Below are positions 57,958-64,000 of a DNA stretch of 64,000 nucleotides, one piece after another; the first letter of the stretch is position 1; the number at the start of each line of letters is the position of its first letter. A model generated the notes under the pieces. It saw nothing but the letters and a program-made list of their open reading frames with translations. It was not told the DNA's origin and ran no database searches. Made by a program: the position numbers and the translations under genes. The stretch comes from Candidatus Bathyarchaeia archaeon (GTDB lineage Archaea; Thermoproteota; Bathyarchaeia; 40CM-2-53-6). The stretch is from positions 128,001 through 192,000 of the forward strand of contig JBEKFP010000001.1 in NCBI GenBank assembly GCA_050013255.1. Direction: 5' to 3'.

Positions 57958-59865
57958 TTGCACATCGTTGTCTGTGTTAAGCATGTTCCCGATGCCACGG
58001 ACATTCGTTTTGACCCAATTACGCTCAATCTGATCCGTGAAGGCGTCCCCTCGATAGTCAACCCCTTCTGCCTCAACGCCCTCGAAGAAGCGATTCGGCT
58101 GAAGGAGAAGTTTAGCGGCAAAATCACTGCGGTAGCAATGGGTCCGCTGCAAGCTCAGGAGGGCTTGCGAGAAGCCCTCGCCATGGGCGCCGATCGGGCG
58201 GTGATGGTCTCGGATCGGGAAATGGCGGGAGCAGATACCCTAGCGACGTCCTACACGCTTTGGAGGAGTATTGCAACGATAGCGCAGGCCGACCCGTTTG
58301 ACCTGATCCTAACTGGAAAGGTTGCAATCGATGGTGAAACAGGCCAAGTTCCACCCGGCCTCGCTGTGAGATTTAGCATTCCCATCATTTCGAACGTCAC
58401 GAAGATAGAGGAAGTCGACCTGAAATCACGAACCATAGTAGCAAAGCATAGGTTCGACGATGGCATTGAGATGGTCAAGGCGAGCCTCCCAGCTGTTCTG
58501 ACTATTACTGAAGAAGCAAACAAGCCGAGAAAATTCACGGTCGAAGGCATGCTAAACGCAAAGAGAACAAACATCGAAGTCTGGGACAAGAAAGCGATAA
58601 ACGCCGACTCAAATCTTCTAGGCCTCAAGGGTTCCCCGACAATCGTCAAGAAAGTATTTCCTCCCCCCGGAAGGAAACAGGGGGAAGTATTCGACGGGAA
58701 CACGGACCCGAAAGCCGCCGCAAAATGGCTGGTCCAAAACTTCATCCGAGTTCACGCACTCGGACCCCCACCACCAAAACCCGCCGAAACCGTGCCCGAG
58801 CTTCCAAAAGAGAGGGGAAAGGTTGAGAATTCCGGGAAGTACGGCGAGGTTTGGGTCTACGTTGAACACCTTCATGGAAAACCCTCCCAAGTTTCATGGG
58901 AACTTCTAGGCGAAGGAAAACGGCTCGCAGAGATCTACGGAACCAAACTCGGGGCAATAATCATCGGCCACAATGTTGGACACCTTGCGAAGGAGTCGTT
59001 TGTTCACGGCGCGGACAAGGCATATTTGGTCGAGGATGAGCGCCTCGAGAATTACCGGACGCAGCCTTACGCCGTTGCCATGGAGGAGGCCGTTAGGAAA
59101 TTCAAACCCGAAGCTCTCTTGGTCGGTGGAACGATTAGGGGCCGGGACCTAGCGGGCTCAGCAGCCACCTTCTTGGAGACCGGGCTTATTGCGGATTGCA
59201 CTGGGTTGGATGTGGATATGGAGACTGGCACTTTCATGGGCACGAGGCCCGATTACGGCGGCAACCTCATGTCCACTATAATCTGCCCCAAGGACAGGCC
59301 GACTATGGCCAGCGTCCGCCCCCGCGTTATGAAGAGCCTGCCCCCAGAGGAGGGAAGAGACGGGGAGATAATCAACGTGGACTTCTCGCTCAAACCTACC
59401 GACCTAAACACTGAATTGGTGGATTTCGTCCCGATCGAGAAGGTAGACGTTCGCCTGGAAGATGCTCAGGTTATCGTTTCCGGAGGAAGAGGGCTAGGAG
59501 TAGCCAAGAACTTCCAACTAATCGAGGAACTCGCGAAAACTCTCCAAGCACAAGTAGGTGCTTCTAGGGCGGCAGTGCGAGCCGGATGGATAAGCCCCGA
59601 ACACCAAGTTGGCCAAACAGGGTTTACGGTCAGGCCGCGCCTCTACGTCGCCGTTGGCATTTCCGGAGCGATTCAACACATTGTCGGTATCATGAACGTT
59701 GACTATATTGTTGCGATAAACCGAGATCCCGAGGCGCCCATCTTCAAGATGGCCGACTTCGGCATCGTTGGCGACCTCTTCAAAGTCGTCCCAGCCCTAA
59801 TTGATGAGCTCAAGAATGTTCACACAGCTGAGTTGGCGTCATGGCAGAGAAGTTCGACTCAGTAG
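57958..59865 (+). CDS. Electron transfer flavoprotein beta-alpha fusion (FixA-FixB)
   Basis: Beta: VCVKHVPD, GADTLAT, DGETGQV; Pro-rich linker; alpha: VSGGRG, QVGQTG, GISGAIQH. Confidence 0.92.
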   Translation: MHIVVCVKHVPDATDIRFDPITLNLIREGVPSIVNPFCLNALEEAIRLKEKFSGKITAVAMGPLQAQEGLREALAMGADRAVMVSDREMAGADTLATSYTLWRSIATIAQADPFDLILTGKVAIDGETGQVPPGLAVRFSIPIISNVTKIEEVDLKSRTIVAKHRFDDGIEMVKASLPAVLTITEEANKPRKFTVEGMLNAKRTNIEVWDKKAINADSNLLGLKGSPTIVKKVFPPPGRKQGEVFDGNTDPKAAAKWLVQNFIRVHALGPPPPKPAETVPELPKERGKVENSGKYGEVWVYVEHLHGKPSQVSWELLGEGKRLAEIYGTKLGAIIIGHNVGHLAKESFVHGADKAYLVEDERLENYRTQPYAVAMEEAVRKFKPEALLVGGTIRGRDLAGSAATFLETGLIADCTGLDVDMETGTFMGTRPDYGGNLMSTIICPKDRPTMASVRPRVMKSLPPEEGRDGEIINVDFSLKPTDLNTELVDFVPIEKVDVRLEDAQVIVSGGRGLGVAKNFQLIEELAKTLQAQVGASRAAVRAGWISPEHQVGQTGFTVRPRLYVAVGISGAIQHIVGIMNVDYIVAINRDPEAPIFKMADFGIVGDLFKVVPALIDELKNVHTAELASWQRSSTQ

Positions 59866-61118
59866 TCGTGGGCGCGGGCCCTGCTGGAATCGCAGCGGCC
59901 TATACGATGGCTAAAGCTGGGCTGAAGGTTCTCGTTCTCGAAAAAGGGGAGAAACCTGGCGCCAAGAACATGTTTGGCGGAATCATCTTCAGGCATCACA
60001 CTGAGAAACTTGCGCCCGAGTTCTGGAAAACAGCACCGGTCGAGCGGCACGTGATCGAATATCAATATTGGTTTCTCTCAAAAGACTCACACCTACTGTT
60101 AAGTCATAGAAATCAAAAGTTCAACGGCCAGTACAACGCCTTCACAGTCCACCGTGCAAAGTTTGACCCCTGGTTCGCTAAACTGGCGGAGGATGCGGGA
60201 GCAGTTATCATCAACAGAACCACTGTGGATGATGTTCTGGTTCAGGATGGAAGAATTGTCGGCGTCAAGACTGAACGCGGCGACATTCTGGCGGATGTTG
60301 TAATAGCAGCTGACGGCGTAAACTCAATGCTTGCCAAACAAGCGGGAATAAGGGAAGAGCTACCACAAGACGCCGTCGTATTAGCCGTGAAAGAGGTCAT
60401 TGCAATTCCAAAACAAAGGATTGAAGAGCGCTTCAACCTCGGCACGGATGAGGGGGTAGCCGCGTTACTGGTTGGTTGGGGACCTGGAATGCACGCTGGG
60501 TTCATGTACACTAACCGAGACACGATCTCCATTGGTATAGCCGTCAGCATGCGTGACCTAGACAAGAGCAAGCAACGCCCGAACGTTTTGTTTGAACAAT
60601 TCAAGAACCACCCGTCAATAGCCCCGCTAATCAAGGATGGGGAACTCAAAGAATATTCTGCCCACTTAATCCCTGAAGGCGGGTACGATTACGTAGCCAA
60701 CATCTACACGGATGGGATGCTCGTCGTTGGGGATGCTGCGATGTTGGTCAACGCTGTGAACTGGGAGGGCACAAACTTGGCTATGACTTCAGGAATTATC
60801 GCAGGAGAAACCGTCATCGAGGCCAAGAAGAAGAATGACTTCTCATCTAGAACCCTAAAGAAGTACAGGGAGAGATTGGAAGAAAGCTTTGTTCTGAAAG
60901 ATTTGAAGAAGTATAGGGGCATCCCGGAGTTCTTCTCATCAAACCCAGACTTCTTCACAGTTTACCCTGAAGCTCTTAACGAGCTCTTTTACATGTGGCA
61001 TGTCGTGGACGATGAATTCAAGGGGGACAGGATTAAGCGCATGAAGGCCACGCTTTTCAAACGGCGCTCAAGAATTAGCCTAATGCGAGATTTCTACCAT
61101 CTCTGGAGGCTATTCTGA
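59841..61118 (+). CDS. fixC: FixC-like FAD oxidoreductase
   Basis: VVGAGPAG; GAKNMFGG; EYSAHLIPEGG; VGDAA. Confidence 0.9.
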   Translation: MAEKFDSVVVGAGPAGIAAAYTMAKAGLKVLVLEKGEKPGAKNMFGGIIFRHHTEKLAPEFWKTAPVERHVIEYQYWFLSKDSHLLLSHRNQKFNGQYNAFTVHRAKFDPWFAKLAEDAGAVIINRTTVDDVLVQDGRIVGVKTERGDILADVVIAADGVNSMLAKQAGIREELPQDAVVLAVKEVIAIPKQRIEERFNLGTDEGVAALLVGWGPGMHAGFMYTNRDTISIGIAVSMRDLDKSKQRPNVLFEQFKNHPSIAPLIKDGELKEYSAHLIPEGGYDYVANIYTDGMLVVGDAAMLVNAVNWEGTNLAMTSGIIAGETVIEAKKKNDFSSRTLKKYRERLEESFVLKDLKKYRGIPEFFSSNPDFFTVYPEALNELFYMWHVVDDEFKGDRIKRMKATLFKRRSRISLMRDFYHLWRLF

Positions 61119-61402
61119 TGACTCAGCGTGTTCTGTCTATCGAGGACAAGCTGTACCGGAACCGCTACAAGGTCGACGAAGAATCACACCTGTGGATCAA
61201 AGATCCCAAAATGTGCCTGCGATGCCCTTTCGACTTTGCGTGCATCAGGGTCTGCCCCACGGACGTATACAAATGGGAAGAAAGCAAGATCACGATTACC
61301 TACGATGCTTGCGTAGAATGCGGGGCCTGCAGGATTGCTTGCTATGATGTCGGTTGGAAGAACCCGAAGGGCGGGTTTGGAATTTCTTACAAGTACGGGT
61401 GA
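61118..61402 (+). CDS. fixX: FixX-like ferredoxin
   Basis: CIRVCP; CVECGACRIAC; PKGGFGISYKYG. Confidence 0.9.
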   Translation: MTQRVLSIEDKLYRNRYKVDEESHLWIKDPKMCLRCPFDFACIRVCPTDVYKWEESKITITYDACVECGACRIACYDVGWKNPKGGFGISYKYG

Positions 61403-61413
61403 AATCAGTCCCG

Positions 61414-62475
61414 CTATAGCTTGACCGATTCGTAAGTTACCTGTAGCATCTCGGTTTGGTTGCTCCAGTGAAACCTCGGCACGTGCCGCCTGAATCTCTT
61501 AAACCGTTGACTAAGCGCGTGGGTAACTATTGGGAGAGCAATCGTCGCGTCGGTGAAACACTGAACCATCCGAGAATGACGGTTGTACTTACCCCAGCTT
61601 TGCGCCTCTTCGAAGGTCGATCCGCTCAACCCGCCCCATTGGGGGACATCAGTCGTAAACTGAATCGCAAAGTCGTGCGTTCGGTCGTGACGGGTTTGGT
61701 AGCTTGCTATCACGGCCGTTTGTTGTATGAAATTCTTCGGAACACCCCCACCGACAATAATCACGGCCGTGTGGCTTGACTTCTCTGTAATCTTAGAACT
61801 CTCGTCAACATCCCGCATGTGGTCGACTATGATGCGGCGTCTCCTCCTCCTGTTTGCGAACATGAGCGAGAAACCTAACCCGCTGTCGCAAAATGCCGGG
61901 ACGAATATGGGGACGCCCATTTCGTATGCTGCTACACAGATTCCGTCCCTGCCTTTTGCCATTCGTGAAATCCATTTGCCAAACTCATGCATAATCTCAC
62001 GCGAGGAATACGGCCGTCCGGATTGGAGGTGTGAAGAGAATTCTTTCTCTATCATTACGTCTAGGTGGTAGAATTTTCGCTCGTCGGCATAGACATCGTA
62101 CATCCGGTCGATTCTGTTTCGCCTGAGCATTACGTTGTCTATTTGATCTGTTCCCTGGAAGTGTTTGCCACCGATAGTTTCGTAAGCATCATGATAGAGT
62201 GTTGCACCTGTCGTTACCAGCACGTCGACCATTCGCCGCCGTACTAGGTAGGTGATTAGTTCACGCATTCCTGCGGGAACCATGGCACCAGCAAGGCCTA
62301 ACCATATCACGATCTCGCGTTTCTTGAGCACCGCCGTCCAAGCGTCCGCGGCTTCACCAAGTTTCCGACCTTGAAACCCTGTGAGCGCCATATCGCCAAG
62401 TAATTCACTGATTGTTTTCTCCGGTTGAACTTCGATAGGTCGGGTAGGATGCCTTAGAACTTGTTCTCGCTGCAA
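61414..62475 (-). CDS. Deoxyhypusine synthase family protein
   Basis: GFQGRKLG; AGAMVPAG; GGGVPKNF; GGLSGSTFEEAQSWGK; DATIALP. Confidence 0.92.
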   Translation of the reverse strand: MQREQVLRHPTRPIEVQPEKTISELLGDMALTGFQGRKLGEAADAWTAVLKKREIVIWLGLAGAMVPAGMRELITYLVRRRMVDVLVTTGATLYHDAYETIGGKHFQGTDQIDNVMLRRNRIDRMYDVYADERKFYHLDVMIEKEFSSHLQSGRPYSSREIMHEFGKWISRMAKGRDGICVAAYEMGVPIFVPAFCDSGLGFSLMFANRRRRRRIIVDHMRDVDESSKITEKSSHTAVIIVGGGVPKNFIQQTAVIASYQTRHDRTHDFAIQFTTDVPQWGGLSGSTFEEAQSWGKYNRHSRMVQCFTDATIALPIVTHALSQRFKRFRRHVPRFHWSNQTEMLQVTYESVKL

Positions 62476-62542
62476 TGTTTCCGCCCAACTAATCCATATT
62501 TAGTTCAATTAAAGCCTACGAATTAGGAAATTCGCGTGCGAT

Positions 62543-62752
62543 TTATGATTCTCCTATAATTTCAGTAATCAGTTTTGCCTCGCTCGCACCTTTCTTGCTA
62601 TCTCCGTATTTCTTCCAATGCTTCTCGAACCGGTTTATTATTGCGAGCACGTCGGGTAAGGGCACCCAATCAGAAGTTATCGGGTAAATCTTCTCAGCTA
62701 TCGGAGATTTCCCAAGCGCCTTGACTTCACGCTTCACTTGTTCCAAGTTCAT
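62543..62752 (-). CDS. Hypothetical protein
   Basis: 69-aa ORF with GGAGG upstream. Confidence 0.55.
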   Translation of the reverse strand: MNLEQVKREVKALGKSPIAEKIYPITSDWVPLPDVLAIINRFEKHWKKYGDSKKGASEAKLITEIIGES

Positions 62753-62823
62753 AGGTTCTCCATCCGAACCTCCTTATGCTTCGCGATTTGCATTTTAGCT
62801 TATTCTAATAGTGGAAAGATTCG

Positions 62824-64000
62824 TTATTTCAGCGCTTTCGTGGCTTTCGAAAACAGTTGTTTGTCGTAGCTCTTCGCTTCGATGATTGTAACTTTCATTT
62901 TTCTCCTAAACTTGGTCCTTATTGCTCGCGCAATTCTGCCTTGCCATGGTTCCTCTACGAAGATTAAGCAGCGTGCGTATGCTGCCGCTTTCAGGTATTC
63001 CGTGATCCGTCTCAGGGCGTTGTTTATCGCCATGTTGGTTGGTGAGAGGGCGCTCTCTGTTTGGGAAAGAGGGTAAACGTCGAGTAGTTCTTGAGGGACT
63101 ATTGCGAATGTGAGGCCGTACGCGCAAAGGTGAACGTCGCTTCGCCTCTCGAACCTTCGTAGCGGGGTTTGGAGGTTAGAATCCTCTCGGAATGGCTCCA
63201 GTTGGGATTCGGGGAGAAGAATCAGTTTCGTGGCGCGGGTCGGTGGACGGTATCTCTCGAGTAACCGCTTTTGGTAGCGAAGAACTTCTGGGCGGCGTAG
63301 GGAGGTCTCAGTGAAGATGAATGGACCCTTCTTCTTTCTTACGGGCGTTCCTTCCTCCAGATTCTCAGCGTAAGTTAGCAGTCTCTTGAATGCGGTGTGG
63401 AGGGCGGGGTGAGCTCGCGACCTTGTTTCAACAAGTTCCCAGAGCCTTCCATCAACTATGGCCTGCTTGATGGTTTGCAGCTCGCCCATGCACGTGTGTA
63501 GGTTATGGGATGCCAGGAAACGGTCCCGATCCATCAGGAGAAACTTCTTGACGTCATCAGGAGTTTTCTTGTGGCAGGCGGGGCAGCTGCAGGGGAAATA
63601 TTCCAAATCCTCAATCTTTGCTGTACCTTGAGTGGTCATGTAACGCCCGTTTCGAGCGAAGAGCGCATAGGCGGCGGAATCGAAGATGTCGCAACCTAAC
63701 GCCACCGCCAATGAGAACATCATGGGATGGCCCGCCCCGAACAAGTGCAGGGGTCTGTCTGGGGGCAAATTCAGTTTTGCGGCCATTATCATATCGACCA
63801 AGACGTCGTACCGATATTGTTGCATGACGGGAGTTGGGCTTCCGAGGGCGTAGATCTGGAAATCCCGTTTCGCCATTTCCTTGGCGGAGTAGGCTACAAG
63901 GTCCGGAAAAACGCCTCCCTGGATGGGCCCTACCCAGAGTATGTCCCGACGCTCGACAACCTTCAATGATTGGTCTGCCCTGCGCAAGGTCTCCTCAACA
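62824..64000 (-). CDS. tgtA: Archaeosine tRNA-guanine transglycosylase (5' end outside window)
   Basis: PIQGG; HLFGAGHP; GCDIFDSAAY; CSCPAC...HNL; GRLWELVETRSRAHP. Confidence 0.92.
   Translation of the reverse strand, partial: VEETLRRADQSLKVVERRDILWVGPIQGGVFPDLVAYSAKEMAKRDFQIYALGSPTPVMQQYRYDVLVDMIMAAKLNLPPDRPLHLFGAGHPMMFSLAVALGCDIFDSAAYALFARNGRYMTTQGTAKIEDLEYFPCSCPACHKKTPDDVKKFLLMDRDRFLASHNLHTCMGELQTIKQAIVDGRLWELVETRSRAHPALHTAFKRLLTYAENLEEGTPVRKKKGPFIFTETSLRRPEVLRYQKRLLERYRPPTRATKLILLPESQLEPFREDSNLQTPLRRFERRSDVHLCAYGLTFAIVPQELLDVYPLSQTESALSPTNMAINNALRRITEYLKAAAYARCLIFVEEPWQGRIARAIRTKFRRKMKVTIIEAKSYDKQLFSKATKALK

Overview
Archaeal chromosomal DNA (~50% GC; histone, rpl40e, rps17e, arcTGT, DUF2153, intron-containing tRNAs; TACK lineage, Bathyarchaeia-like by inference). 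Most of the window is housekeeping/metabolic: Fe-S assembly, TldD/E, peptidases, a Pat-type acetyltransferase, 2-oxoacid dehydrogenase E1/E2, ThyX, Lhr, an ECF transporter, FixABCX, DHS and TGT. Two accessory regions stand out. (1) Between tatD and the rps17e promoter (53038-57517) is a polarised tandem array of four IS6-like units of 14, 38, 1249 and 3139 bp. They are separated by five copies of one 8-bp target (CGCAATAG/CGCATTAG/CGCATCAG). Only the promoter-proximal unit is intact, with a SWIM/Zn-ribbon DDE transposase, a divergent small gene with paired operators, and membrane-protein cargo; the units decay with distance. This suggests a site-specific, possibly promoter-guided, cargo-accumulating transposon family. 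(2) Downstream of tRNA-Ser(GCT), which has a 15/16 intron, three copies of the tRNA 3' end sit in a longer conserved tRNA-mimicking repeat. They delimit integrase-less cassettes, one carrying a GH130/PMM/PfkA sugar module. Also found: a candidate pseudoknotted ncRNA behind rpl40e, PadR operator boxes, apparent CTG/ACG starts, and several small genes missed by the ORF track. All calls are by eye, without database searches.
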